DNA from: an uncultured delta proteobacterium
GTDB taxonomy: Bacteria; Desulfobacterota; Desulfuromonadia; Desulfuromonadales; BM103
Length of the DNA stretch: 64,000 bases
Reading direction: 5' to 3'
Assembly: GCA_963715335.1 (NCBI GenBank)
Contig: CAVQRZ010000021.1
Span: forward strand, 1 to 64,000
Position numbers and translations under genes: made by a program. A model generated the notes under the pieces. The model did no database searches, was not told where the DNA came from, and was given only the letters and a program-made list of their open reading frames with translations. Below, in pieces: positions 10,109-20,111 of the stretch (within the stretch, counting starts at the first letter, position 1; every line of letters starts with the position of its first letter).

Positions 10109-11205
10109 GAGTAGTGCCCCCAGATAGAAATGGCCACAAACAGGAGAATCCCGAGTACGTAGCAGGTTACAAACAGCGGCCGCCTGGCCGGCCGCCTTTC
10201 CGGACCACGGTCGATGAAAGGCAGCAGGGCAAGGAAGGTCATGAACGCGCCCTGCACTCCCAGGCCGATAATCTCACTGGGGAAGATCTTCAGCGTCTGG
10301 TAGGCCCAGAGAAAATACCATTCCGGCTTGATGTGCGGTGGAGTGACAAAGGGGTCCGCGGGCTGGAAAGCGGATTCGGGGAAGAACAGACCGGGCGCGT
10401 AGAAGATGATCGCAAGCAGGAAAGCGATAAAGAAACTGATTATGGCAGCGTCCTTGACAAAATAGTTCGGGAAAAACGGGATGCCCCCGGGATGCTTTTC
10501 ATGCTCAAAGAACGGCAGCTCCTCGGACGCCTGGTATTCCGGGCCAAATGGTGCGGACGAAATGCCGCGGCGTTTTACGCAGAACAGATGGGCACCGATC
10601 AAACCGAACAGCACCAGCGGCATACCGACTACGTGCAGGGCAAAGAATCGTCCCAGGGTCTGGTTGCCGACCGTCGGCCCGCCACGCAGGAATTCCACAA
10701 GGTAGTTGCCGACGACCGGGATGGCCCCGGCGGCATCGGTGGCGACTGTGGTTGCCCAGAAAGAGAGTTGGCTCCATGGTAGCAGGTAACCTGTCAGACA
10801 CAGTCCCATGGCCAGGTTGAAGATCGTAAAACCGGTCAGCCAGGTGAATTCACGCCGGCCCTTGTAGCTGCCCATAAAGAGGACCGAGAGCATATGCAGC
10901 AGCAGGGCGATGACGATGACGTTGGCACCGACCGCGTGCAGCATCCGGAACAGCCAACCATAAGGCACTTCGTTCATGATGTACTGGACGCTGGCAAAGG
11001 CTTTTTCGGAATCCGGTACGTAGAACATGAGCAAAAGGATGCCGGTGATGGTCTGCAAGGTGAAGAGCGCCATCAGCACGGCACCGAGGGTATACCAGAC
11101 ATTGACATTGCGCGGCAGCAGGTAACCACGCAATTCCTTGTCATAGAGGTCTTTGACGCCCAGGCGCACATCAATGAAATCGACCAGCAATTTTATCGGT
11201 TGCAT
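10105..11205 (-). CDS. Cytochrome b/b6 subunit
   Basis: GWLFRMLHAVGA, TGYLLPWSQLSFWA, TLGRFFALH, IKPEWYF. Confidence 0.95.
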   Translation of the reverse strand: MQPIKLLVDFIDVRLGVKDLYDKELRGYLLPRNVNVWYTLGAVLMALFTLQTITGILLLMFYVPDSEKAFASVQYIMNEVPYGWLFRMLHAVGANVIVIALLLHMLSVLFMGSYKGRREFTWLTGFTIFNLAMGLCLTGYLLPWSQLSFWATTVATDAAGAIPVVGNYLVEFLRGGPTVGNQTLGRFFALHVVGMPLVLFGLIGAHLFCVKRRGISSAPFGPEYQASEELPFFEHEKHPGGIPFFPNYFVKDAAIISFFIAFLLAIIFYAPGLFFPESAFQPADPFVTPPHIKPEWYFLWAYQTLKIFPSEIIGLGVQGAFMTFLALLPFIDRGPERRPARRPLFVTCYVLGILLFVAISIWGHYS

Positions 11206-11214
11206 ATCAGCCTC

Positions 11215-11646
11215 CTATCCGATTTTCAACTGGTCGCCATCAAGTTCGACGACAAGGGTTTCCAGGGGGGCAGGAGGCGGACCGCCAAGGACTTGACCCT
11301 CGGAGGAGAACCGCCCGCCATGGCAGGGGCATAGAAACTCGCCCGCTTGCTCCTGCCAGGCAACCACACAGCCGAGATGGGTGCAGACTGCCGAGAGAGC
11401 GACAAATTGGCCCGGCGCCGGTTGCAGGAGTACCGCCGGCTTGCTGCGGTATTGGAAAAAGTGTGCTTTCCCCTGCCTGACTTCGCTGCGAGCCACGACG
11501 ACTTTGTCGCCGCTGCCGGCGGCGGTGATGGGAGAAAGAAAACGGAACACTGGCCAGGCCGAGGCGGCACCGATCAGTGCACCGAGCCCGCCAAGCATGG
11601 TGAAGAGAAACTTTCGCCGTTGGGGGGGCGAGACATTGGTCGTCAT
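11215..11646 (-). CDS. Rieske [2Fe-2S] subunit
   Basis: Tat-like RRKFL anchor; CTHLGC and CPCHG boxes. Confidence 0.95.
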   Translation of the reverse strand: MTTNVSPPQRRKFLFTMLGGLGALIGAASAWPVFRFLSPITAAGSGDKVVVARSEVRQGKAHFFQYRSKPAVLLQPAPGQFVALSAVCTHLGCVVAWQEQAGEFLCPCHGGRFSSEGQVLGGPPPAPLETLVVELDGDQLKIG

Positions 11647-11758
11647 GGAGTCTCCTTGGAAAATTAAATGGGATCAGCCCTTAAAAAACCCCTCTAGTAT
11701 AATACAGTCGGGAGGTCTTTCAATAGCGGAAAGGGTAACCGGACAGATAAAAATGGCG

Positions 11759-12445
11759 CTAGTTGCGAATCGCAGCGTAAACGGGAATGCGCAGCTGGTT
11801 ATTCGGCACACCATCTACCGGCACCAGGACGTAGCCACTAAAGCGCAACGTGCCGGGTTTCGGGGACAGCAGCAATTCGAGAGAGACCTCCTCACCCTTG
11901 GCCAGTGTGGTCGCAGGCATCTCGGCCTGAAGTTCTGCGGCTGTCGTACTCGGAACGCCGAGGGTCATAAGCGTTTCCCCCTGGTTGCGCAGAATGACCT
12001 TCGAGGTCAAGGTCTGATCACCGGGGACCGTGCCGAAATTGACTTGCTCAGGTTCTACGGCGATGATCTCAAGGACCTCGCCCTTGATTTTAAGTTGCAC
12101 GACCGGCTTGACCGGATCGTTGCTGTACAGGTAAATCGTCTTGCTTACGCTACCACGAAAACGGGTGCTGTCAAAATTAGTCTTTATCTGGCCTTTTTCG
12201 CCGGGGGCCAGATTCTTTTCCGAAACCAGAACGGCCGTACAGCCACAGGAACTGCGGACCCGGTCAATCAGCAGTGGATCCTGTCCCGCATTGACGAATT
12301 CGAAGGCATGCTGGACCCTTGCACCCTGATAAACTTCGCCAAAATCAAATTGCGTGCTCGTGAATTTCATGTCCGGCACAGCAAAGGCGGGGGAACCACA
12401 TAGGCAGATCAGGAAGGCAACGGCTGGGCAGACTATGGTGCGCAT
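11759..12445 (-). CDS. DUF1573-type secreted Ig-like protein
   Basis: Signal peptide; FDFGEV...F.FVNAG..PL.I..VRSSCGCT. Confidence 0.8.
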   Translation of the reverse strand: MRTIVCPAVAFLICLCGSPAFAVPDMKFTSTQFDFGEVYQGARVQHAFEFVNAGQDPLLIDRVRSSCGCTAVLVSEKNLAPGEKGQIKTNFDSTRFRGSVSKTIYLYSNDPVKPVVQLKIKGEVLEIIAVEPEQVNFGTVPGDQTLTSKVILRNQGETLMTLGVPSTTAAELQAEMPATTLAKGEEVSLELLLSPKPGTLRFSGYVLVPVDGVPNNQLRIPVYAAIRN

Positions 12446-12592
12446 CGAAATACTCCCGGAGTGAAATGGCCGCAGATCAAGGGGCCTTTGGTGAGGCAGA
12501 TTATAACACAGGATTTCCCTGGGCCCGACCAGGATTTTACTGCTGTGAAAAAATTGACATAAATTGACTGCTTTGCTATAGAATAGCCGATT

Positions 12593-13141
12593 ATGGCGAC
12601 TCCCGACACCTCTGAGAGAAAGTACTTATTAACACCACTTTTTTCTGCGGCAGAAATTGCCGCCAGGGTTAAAGAACTCGCCGACCAGATCGACAGGGAT
12701 TACGATGGCCGAGAGATATTGATGGTCGCGGTGCTCAAGGGGTCTTTCCTGTTTATTGCAGACCTGATCAGGGCGGTGAAAGCCCCGACGATCATCGACT
12801 TTGTGCGTCTTGCCAGCTACGGCTCCGCGACCCAGTCGTCGGGGATTATCGAGGTTCGCAAGGATCTGGAGATGTCGATCGAGGGCAAGGATGTTCTGAT
12901 CGTTGAGGATATCGTCGACAGCGGCCAGACCCTTGAATCATTGCGCAACATGCTCTTGAACCGCCAGCCTGCCAGTCTGCGGATCTGCACTCTGATCGAC
13001 AAACAGGCTCACCGCGTAACCAATGTCCCGGTTGACTACATCGGGTTTTCCATGGACGACGGGTTCATCGTCGGCTATGGTTTGGACTTTGACGAGAGAT
13101 ATCGTGACTTGCCCGACATCCGTGTGGTCGAAAGCGTCTGA
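12593..13141 (+). CDS. hpt: Hypoxanthine phosphoribosyltransferase
   Basis: VAVLKGSFLF, VLIVEDIVDSGQTL PRPP motif, FIVGYGLD. Confidence 0.95.
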   Translation: MATPDTSERKYLLTPLFSAAEIAARVKELADQIDRDYDGREILMVAVLKGSFLFIADLIRAVKAPTIIDFVRLASYGSATQSSGIIEVRKDLEMSIEGKDVLIVEDIVDSGQTLESLRNMLLNRQPASLRICTLIDKQAHRVTNVPVDYIGFSMDDGFIVGYGLDFDERYRDLPDIRVVESV

Positions 13142-13163
13142 ATCAACGACTAGGAGAAACTGA

Positions 13164-14813
13164 ATGATCGTTCAGTGCCAAGCATGTCAAACCCGTTTCC
13201 GTTTGGCAAACGAGAAAATCAAGCCCGGCGGTACCAAAGTCCGTTGCTCGAAGTGCAAAGAGATATTCACCGTCACCTTGCCCGAACCGGAGCCCGCAGA
13301 AGAGTCAGTGGATTTCGGTTCCTTTAACATGGAGCCGGTAGCCGAAGAGACCCCTGACGCTGCGACAGATTCTGCCGGCAACCCGGAAGAAGAGTCCTTC
13401 GAACCGGAAGAAGAACCTGCTGCCACGGCAGGATCTGAAGAGTTGCCTGAACCGGCTGATGAACCGCAGGATGACGAATCACTGGCCGATGAGATTGATT
13501 TCAGCAGCCTCGAAGAGGAAATGGGAGCTGCCGTTGCAAGCGGAGAAATTGCCGACGAATTTTCCTTTGCCGACATCAGTCAGCCTGCCGATGACGATGA
13601 AACCTCGACAGCCACCGATTTCGGTGCGGTAGCCGAAGAAACCGGTGGCTCCGGGGGCCCCGTCGAGTTCGACTTTGGTGAAGATTCCAGCCCCACGGGC
13701 GAAGTGGAAAGCACGACACCGGGCCCCACAATCGAGAAAGAGGCGGGGACCGAAGAGTTTACTTTCGAATCAACCGACGATGAGCCCACGGGACCTTCAG
13801 AGTTCACTTTTGCAGAGGATGAGGAGAGCACAGAAGAGTCTCCCGGAGGCGAACCAGCAGACGTTGCCTTCGGCGATCCGAATGATCAGGGGGACGAAAA
13901 CGCTTTCAGCTTTGACGATGAGACCCCAGAGGCCGCTGGACAGGCTTCTGAGTGGGATGATGAGTCGCCGGCCGGTGATACTTTTGATTTCGATGAGCCC
14001 CGGTTCGACACCGATTCAGCTGAACCGCAGAGTCCACCGAAGGCCTCGGCAGAAGGGGGCCTGCAGTTTGGTGAAATCGACTTCTCCAGCGATGACGAGG
14101 ACAGTGGCGTACCAAGTTTCCAGACCGATGATTCCTTCCCCGGAGCCATCATGGAGAAACAGCCCGAGCCGGAGCCTTTTACCCGACACGGGCAGACGCC
14201 GCCACCTGCCCGCGACTTTGGCAATGTAGAACCGCTGCCGGTTCCCCCTCCGCCCAAAAAGAGCTCCCTGTCGCGGATCCTGCTGCTGCTGATTCTGCTG
14301 CTGGTTGTTCTGGGCGGCGCGGCCGGCTTCCAGTTCATGCAGGAGGGGTCTCTCAACCTCAAAGCAGTGACAGAGTACCTGCCATTTCTGAAGGATTACA
14401 TCGGCGAGACCCAGGAGGTTGCCCCGGCTGATCGCATCGGCATCAACATCAGCAGCAGCTCATATGTCAACGGCCAGGCCGGGCAAATGCTGGTCATCCA
14501 GGGGACCGCAGTAAACAACGACACGAACAGGCGCTCATCGATCACCATCAAAGGAACCCTGCTTGACGCCGATGGGACTACCCTCCTGCAACAGACGGTC
14601 TTCTGCGGCAATGCCCTTGATGATGCCGCCCTGGCAAGGATGCCTTTCAGTGCGATCGAAGAGGCAATGAACAATGAGTTTGGCGACAGCCTTTCCAATA
14701 TGAACATCGCCTCCGGAGGATCGATTCCATTCACCATCGTCTTCCGCAACCTGCCGTCCGGAATAGCCAACATCAATGTCGAGGTGGTCGATTCCAAATC
14801 CGGCGCGGGTTAA
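13164..14813 (+). CDS. MJ0042-type zinc-ribbon / acidic linker / TM / DUF3426-like protein
   Basis: CQAC...VRCSKC zinc ribbon, long D/E-rich region, TM (ILLLLILLLVVLGG), C-terminal periplasmic domain (GGSIPFTIVF). Confidence 0.8.
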   Translation: MIVQCQACQTRFRLANEKIKPGGTKVRCSKCKEIFTVTLPEPEPAEESVDFGSFNMEPVAEETPDAATDSAGNPEEESFEPEEEPAATAGSEELPEPADEPQDDESLADEIDFSSLEEEMGAAVASGEIADEFSFADISQPADDDETSTATDFGAVAEETGGSGGPVEFDFGEDSSPTGEVESTTPGPTIEKEAGTEEFTFESTDDEPTGPSEFTFAEDEESTEESPGGEPADVAFGDPNDQGDENAFSFDDETPEAAGQASEWDDESPAGDTFDFDEPRFDTDSAEPQSPPKASAEGGLQFGEIDFSSDDEDSGVPSFQTDDSFPGAIMEKQPEPEPFTRHGQTPPPARDFGNVEPLPVPPPPKKSSLSRILLLLILLLVVLGGAAGFQFMQEGSLNLKAVTEYLPFLKDYIGETQEVAPADRIGINISSSSYVNGQAGQMLVIQGTAVNNDTNRRSSITIKGTLLDADGTTLLQQTVFCGNALDDAALARMPFSAIEEAMNNEFGDSLSNMNIASGGSIPFTIVFRNLPSGIANINVEVVDSKSGAG

Positions 14814-14832
14814 ACGACAAAGCAAGCCCGAC

Positions 14833-14874
14833 AAAAAAAGGCCGCACCTGAAACAGGTGCGGCCTTTACTTTTT
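14833..14874. terminator. Bidirectional intrinsic terminator
   Basis: A-tract, AAAGGCCGCACCTG-AAA-CAGGTGCGGCCTTT, T-tract, between convergent genes. Confidence 0.85.
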
Positions 14875-14900
14875 GAATCCGACTAGATCACATTGATGTT

Positions 14901-15071
14901 CTAGGGAGCTTCAATCGCGTCGACGGGACAGCTGTCAACACAAGCGCCACAGTCAGTGCAGGTCGCTGCGTCAATCACGTGCGTGTCGCCCTGCTCACTG
15001 ATCGCGTCAACCGGACAGGTGTCTGCACAGGCAGCGCAATTGATACACTCATCGTTAATTGTGTAGGCCAT
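14901..15071 (-). CDS. 2[4Fe-4S] ferredoxin, 56 aa (below ORF-track cutoff)
   Basis: MAYTINDECINCAACADTCPVDAISEQGDTHVIDAATCTDCGACVDSCPVDAIEAP*; two CxxCxxCxxxCP; RBS GAGGAGG. Confidence 0.93.
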   Translation of the reverse strand: MAYTINDECINCAACADTCPVDAISEQGDTHVIDAATCTDCGACVDSCPVDAIEAP

Positions 15072-15354
15072 GGAAGTTTCCTCCTCTTGAAAAATTTGTG
15101 GGTATCAAAACTTCCGGGGAGTTTACCGCAACAGGTCAATCCTGTCCAGAGCAAACATCAAACCGCCAAACCTGAAAAAACTTGCAATTTGGGCAACCAT
15201 CCTTTAACCTTTCACAACACGTTTTACGCCTGCAAGGCCCGATAAAACCTGACTTAACAAAAATTTCAGCACGACTAAAATTTTAGGTTTAAAACAGTAT
15301 TTTGTTTTTCAATTTGAAAAAAAACTGCAAAGCGAACATACGGAGGAAGGAAAT

Positions 15355-16623
15355 ATGGATATTCTGGCCCTGAATTGCGGAAGCTCGTCGGTAAAATACC
15401 AGTTGTACGACTGGGAGAAGAAGGAAGTCATTGCCAAGGGCATGGTGGAACGTGTCACGATTGGCGACTCGTTCATCATCCATGAAGTCCCGGGACGGGA
15501 AACCTACCGCGAAGAATATGAATGCCCCGACCACCAGGTCGCCATTCACCTGATCATCAAGACCCTGACGGACAAGAAATACGGTGTCGTCAGTGAAATC
15601 ACCAAAATCTCTGCCGTCGGTCACCGCGTCGTGCACGGTGGCGAAAAATTTACCTGCTCGGTGCAGATCGACAACAACGTCCTCCAGGCCATCAAAGATG
15701 TCCAGCACCTGGCGCCTCTGCACAATCCACCGAACATCTCCGGGATTGAAGCCGCCCAGTCTGTACTGCCCGACGTTCCCCATATTGCCATCTTTGATAC
15801 AGCCTTTCATCAGACCATGCCCGAGGCCGCCTACACTTATGCGGTGCCTTACGAGTGGTACGAAAAACACGGTGTCCGCCGCTACGGTTTTCATGGCACC
15901 AGCCACCTTTACGTTTCCAAGCGTGCCGCCGTCATGCTTGGCAAGGCTCCAAAAGACTGCAACCTCATCACCATGCACATCGGCAACGGGGTCTCCCACG
16001 CAGCGATCAAAAACGGCGTATCCGTCGACACATCGATGGGCCTGACCCCTCTGGAGGGCGCTGTCATGGGCACCCGTTGCGGAGACCTCGACCCGGCCGT
16101 ACCGGCCTTTATCATGGAGAAGGAAGGCCTGAGCCCGAAAGAGATCGACAGCGTTCTCAACAAGAAATCCGGCATTCTCGGGATCACCGGCCAATTCACC
16201 GACCGCCGGGACGTCATTGAAGGTGCCGAAGACGGCAGCTGTCCGCGATGCCAACTGGCACTGGATGTCGAGGCCTATCGCCTGAAGAAATATATCGGTT
16301 CCTATGCTGCGGCAACCGGAGGCATCGACGCCGTGGTATTTACTGCCGGGGTTGGTGAAATGGGTTGGCTGATTCGCGAGAACGCACTGGAAGGGCTAGA
16401 GTTTATGGGGATCATCCTGGACAAGGAGAAGAACCGAAACACCATGACCCGCAAAAAAGAGAACGTGATCACCACGCCGGATTCTCCGGTAAAGGTCTTT
16501 GTCATTCCGACCGACGAGGAACTCGTCTTCACCGAAGACGTGGTCGCGATCCTGACAGGGACCTATACGGACCACATGAACTTCAAATACAGCTTCTCTT
16601 CAAGCGATTTCCAGCGCAAGTAG
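15355..16623 (+). CDS. ackA: Acetate kinase
   Basis: LNCGSSSVK, GHRVVHGG, APLHNP, FDTAFH, RRYGFHGTSH, VFTAGVGE. Confidence 0.97.
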   Translation: MDILALNCGSSSVKYQLYDWEKKEVIAKGMVERVTIGDSFIIHEVPGRETYREEYECPDHQVAIHLIIKTLTDKKYGVVSEITKISAVGHRVVHGGEKFTCSVQIDNNVLQAIKDVQHLAPLHNPPNISGIEAAQSVLPDVPHIAIFDTAFHQTMPEAAYTYAVPYEWYEKHGVRRYGFHGTSHLYVSKRAAVMLGKAPKDCNLITMHIGNGVSHAAIKNGVSVDTSMGLTPLEGAVMGTRCGDLDPAVPAFIMEKEGLSPKEIDSVLNKKSGILGITGQFTDRRDVIEGAEDGSCPRCQLALDVEAYRLKKYIGSYAAATGGIDAVVFTAGVGEMGWLIRENALEGLEFMGIILDKEKNRNTMTRKKENVITTPDSPVKVFVIPTDEELVFTEDVVAILTGTYTDHMNFKYSFSSSDFQRK

Positions 16624-16643
16624 CAAAAGGCACAGAGACCCGC

Positions 16644-16686
16644 AAACAGGCAAAGGCCAGGGGTATCCCCTGGCCTTTGCCTGTTT
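16644..16686. terminator. Long perfect hairpin between convergent genes
   Basis: AAACAGGCAAAGGCCAGGGG-TAT-CCCCTGGCCTTTGCCTGTTT. Confidence 0.75.
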
Positions 16687-16707
16687 CGATCTGACTGTCC
16701 GCCGGTC

Positions 16708-18813
16708 TTACTTTTCCAGGAAATAGCTCCCCAAGCTGCTGGAAACATACTCTTCCGGCATATCTTCCATTTCAAAACCACTGTTCTTGAGAAAGCTCAA
16801 CCCTTCATCGATGGCTTTTCGCAACATGGCTTCGTTTGCCGGAGAGACAGCAGGAACACAGACCAGCGTGTGTCTGCTTTGCTTGAGACGGAAAAGCATG
16901 AACAGCTTCTTCTGATTACCCTTCCGCAGCACAACCAGGAAAGCCATACAATACTGTGAGGGGTAACCTTCCAGGGAAATCTGCACGTTGAAAACTGTCT
17001 CCCAAGCCCTGACGATATGCTTCTCGGATTTGCAGGGCAGCCCCTCGAGGTCCCAGTCGGGGCGAAAGAAAGCGGCCGGGTTCGGTGCGGGCCGCAATTC
17101 GTGAGGCAGCGGCTTCTTCGATTTGACAGGCTTATCGCTTTCTACCCCTTCGACAGGTTCAGACTCAGCGAACGTGGCAACATTTTTGTTCAACGGTTTC
17201 CTTGCTGTCGAACCTTCTCGGCCAGCCAACTTCTTTTCAGCTACAGCGACCTCTACCGCAAGCTCTCCCTGTCGGACGCGTTCCTGCGCGATTTGTTCCT
17301 TGATCAACGCCACTTCTTCCGTAAGCTCGACGAGCTTACGGCTCTCCTTCGCCTTCTCCGTGACGTCCCGGTCAGGGGCCTTTTCTGTCTCCCTGATCAT
17401 CTGCTCGAGGGAATCGATTATCTTGTGGGCCTGTTCGAGATCACGTTCAAGGCCTTCCTTTCCCGCCTGCTCCTCACGCAACCGGCGTTCCAGCCTCTCC
17501 AGTTCTTCTTTCATGGAAGTTTTCTGTTCACCGTCATGCGTCATTTCAGCCGTGGCGGCAGAAGCCTTCTCCTGGGCCTTTTCAAGGGCCTCTTCAAGGG
17601 CCAGAATGCGCCTGACGTCTTCCGCCGCGCTTTTTTCCAGGCGTCTGCGCATAGTGCATTCGCGCAGTCGATCTTCCCGGAGATCACGCATTTCACTTTC
17701 CAGCTTGCCAAGTTGTGCTTGCAATGCATCGTCAACCTTGTCCGCTTCGCCTGGCCGGGCGTCCTGTTGGCCAAAGTCTCGGAGCTCTTCTTCGAGCTCA
17801 CTGATGCGGCCTTCTGCGCCCTTGCAGGAAGTTTCCACCTGACTCCTCAAGGCCCGTTCTTGCTCCAACTGGTCAAAACTGTCCGCCAGCATTTTCTCGG
17901 CTTTTTGCAAACTGTCATCGAGCACCGCAATCTGCTCCTGGGCCGATTTGACATCCGTGATAAACTGCTCCTGTTTGTCTCGCTCTTTTGCAACCTCATC
18001 GGACACCAGTGTCAACTGGTCCTCAAGTTCTTTAATTCGCCGCTGCAGCACGACAATTCTGCGTTTCTGCTTGAGTTCACCAGCCGACCTGGTATCCACA
18101 CCGACGAGAATTTCTTCGAGTTCCTGGATACGTTTCTCGGCAGCGGCAGTAATCGACTCGCTTACCTCCCGTAGCTTGCGCTCCTGATCGACAAGGCCTT
18201 CCGCTGCCTCCAGCCTGGCCGTCAGATCCCGAACCTGCGCCATCATCGCCTCGCCATCGGCGTCGCGCTCTTCCGCGGGAGACAGAGCCTCAATCATAAG
18301 CTGTCGCAGCTCACCAATTCGCTCGTCCAGGCGTTTATCAGCAGCAAGCTTGAGGGCGGCTTTCCTGCCGGTGGCACTGGCCGGGTTTGTCTCGACCACA
18401 TCCTGCAGCTCGGTTAGCAACTGGGCTTTTTCATCCCGCAGCTTGCGTGCCTCGGCAGGAGAAGCGAGACCGGGGACATCCCTCATGACAACTTCAAGCA
18501 TGGCCGGACTGAGTTTGAGGTTGTATTCATCAAGCTGGTACCCCAGGCCGACAAGCGCGTCATGTCCGTGTTGCCAGGCGGAGGCTCCTGCGGGGCTTCT
18601 GACAGAAAAAATCAGGGACTTCCTCAGTGCCTTATCATGAAATGCAACGTAACAACGTGGTTGGGAATTATCTTGAAAATCGCAAAGGATGGCGTGGACG
18701 TCGAAGCCACTTTCCCCGGCATCACCAAAAATGACGGGATCCCTGGATCGACAGAGACGCTTGATACTGCCGACTTCCACTTCAAGAAAGCCTTCAGCTT
18801 CGTAGATGAGCAT
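16708..18813 (-). CDS. Hypothetical protein with long central coiled coil and related terminal domains
   Basis: 701-aa ORF, E/K/R/L heptad-rich middle, globular ends. Confidence 0.75.
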   Translation of the reverse strand: MLIYEAEGFLEVEVGSIKRLCRSRDPVIFGDAGESGFDVHAILCDFQDNSQPRCYVAFHDKALRKSLIFSVRSPAGASAWQHGHDALVGLGYQLDEYNLKLSPAMLEVVMRDVPGLASPAEARKLRDEKAQLLTELQDVVETNPASATGRKAALKLAADKRLDERIGELRQLMIEALSPAEERDADGEAMMAQVRDLTARLEAAEGLVDQERKLREVSESITAAAEKRIQELEEILVGVDTRSAGELKQKRRIVVLQRRIKELEDQLTLVSDEVAKERDKQEQFITDVKSAQEQIAVLDDSLQKAEKMLADSFDQLEQERALRSQVETSCKGAEGRISELEEELRDFGQQDARPGEADKVDDALQAQLGKLESEMRDLREDRLRECTMRRRLEKSAAEDVRRILALEEALEKAQEKASAATAEMTHDGEQKTSMKEELERLERRLREEQAGKEGLERDLEQAHKIIDSLEQMIRETEKAPDRDVTEKAKESRKLVELTEEVALIKEQIAQERVRQGELAVEVAVAEKKLAGREGSTARKPLNKNVATFAESEPVEGVESDKPVKSKKPLPHELRPAPNPAAFFRPDWDLEGLPCKSEKHIVRAWETVFNVQISLEGYPSQYCMAFLVVLRKGNQKKLFMLFRLKQSRHTLVCVPAVSPANEAMLRKAIDEGLSFLKNSGFEMEDMPEEYVSSSLGSYFLEK

Positions 18814-18941
18814 ACATTTCCCCCCGGAAACGCAATTCGGATAATTTTAGTTATATTAAAAATGCGAAATCAGGGCTGATGTGCAACACCAGCCCCAATT
18901 TACACTAAAAAACGTGGCGTTACAAACAGAACGCCTGAGAA

Positions 18942-19943
18942 TCAGCCTTGTGCCTGGACAGCGGTAATCGCCGATACGGACACGATGTCGTCAACGGAAC
19001 AGCCGCGGGAGAGGTCATTGACCGGCTTGGCGAGACCCTGCACGATCGGCCCGACCGCTTCAGCGCCGGCGACGCGCTCGACCAACTTGTAGCCGATATT
19101 GCCAGCATCGAGATCGGGGAAGATCAGGGTGTTTGCCTTGCCGGCAACGGCGGAGCCGGGGGCTTTCTTCTCGCCAACCTTGGGTAGCAGTGCGGCATCG
19201 GCCTGCAACTCACCATCGATTTGCAGGTTCGGGTCAAGTTTCCTGGCGATCTCGAGGGCCTCCAGGACCTTGTCGCAATCTTCGTGACTGGCGCTGCCTT
19301 TAGTAGAAAAAGAGAGCATTGCCACGCGGGCGTCGACGCCGAGGAAGCTCTTGCAGCTGCTCGCTGTGGCAACAGCGATCTCGGCCAGAGCCTGGGCATT
19401 CGGGTTCGGGTTGACGGCACAATCGGCGAAGCAGAGCACGCCGTTTTCACCGAAGTCAGGGTTCTTGGTCACCATCAGGAACACTGAAGACACTGTCTTC
19501 ATGCCTGGAGCAGTGCCAATCACCTGGAAAGCCGCACGCAGGACGTCGCCGGTGGTGTTATGGGCACCGGCAACCATGCCGCCGGCATCACCCTTGTGCA
19601 CCATCATGGCGCCGAAGAAAAGGTTGTCCGAGCCGGTCAGGGTTTCACGTGCCTGTTCGGGCGTCAGGCCCTTCTTCTTGCGCAGCTTCACCAACTCAGC
19701 GACATAATCGTCCAGGCTGGCGGCGCTCTTTGGCTCAATGATCTCGACACCGGCAAGAGAAACACCGAGCTCGCCGGCCCTGGCTGCGAGCGTGGCTGGG
19801 TCGCCGAGCAGGACAACTTTTGCCAGTTTGTCACCGGTAATCAGCTCGGCAGCCTGGATCATGCGGTCATCATAACTTTCAGGAAGCACTACAGTCTGGA
19901 GACTGGCGCGGGCCTTTGCCTTGATCTGGTCAACGAGATGCAT
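18942..19943 (-). CDS. pta: Phosphate acetyltransferase
   Basis: Start MHLVDQ after GGAGG; FADCAVNPNP, AMLSFSTKGS, DGELQADAA, NDLSRGC. Confidence 0.96.
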   Translation of the reverse strand: MHLVDQIKAKARASLQTVVLPESYDDRMIQAAELITGDKLAKVVLLGDPATLAARAGELGVSLAGVEIIEPKSAASLDDYVAELVKLRKKKGLTPEQARETLTGSDNLFFGAMMVHKGDAGGMVAGAHNTTGDVLRAAFQVIGTAPGMKTVSSVFLMVTKNPDFGENGVLCFADCAVNPNPNAQALAEIAVATASSCKSFLGVDARVAMLSFSTKGSASHEDCDKVLEALEIARKLDPNLQIDGELQADAALLPKVGEKKAPGSAVAGKANTLIFPDLDAGNIGYKLVERVAGAEAVGPIVQGLAKPVNDLSRGCSVDDIVSVSAITAVQAQG

Positions 19944-20111
19944 CGGCATTTCCTCCTTCAAACAGGGTTTTATTAGAATCCAAGAATATACCGGATGACA
20001 TGTTGACCGTCAACTTATTTCCCCTCGCAAATTGCAGTCGACAGGCCTATTCGACACTGGCGGTTCCCCTTCGTTTGTAATATAATTGCTAGTTTGTAAA
20101 TCATTAACGCC

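Noticed and set aside
14901..15071. Ferredoxin as HgcB
   Set aside because: Has CTDCGAC rather than C(M/I)ECGAC, lacks the C-terminal Cys pair, only 56 aa
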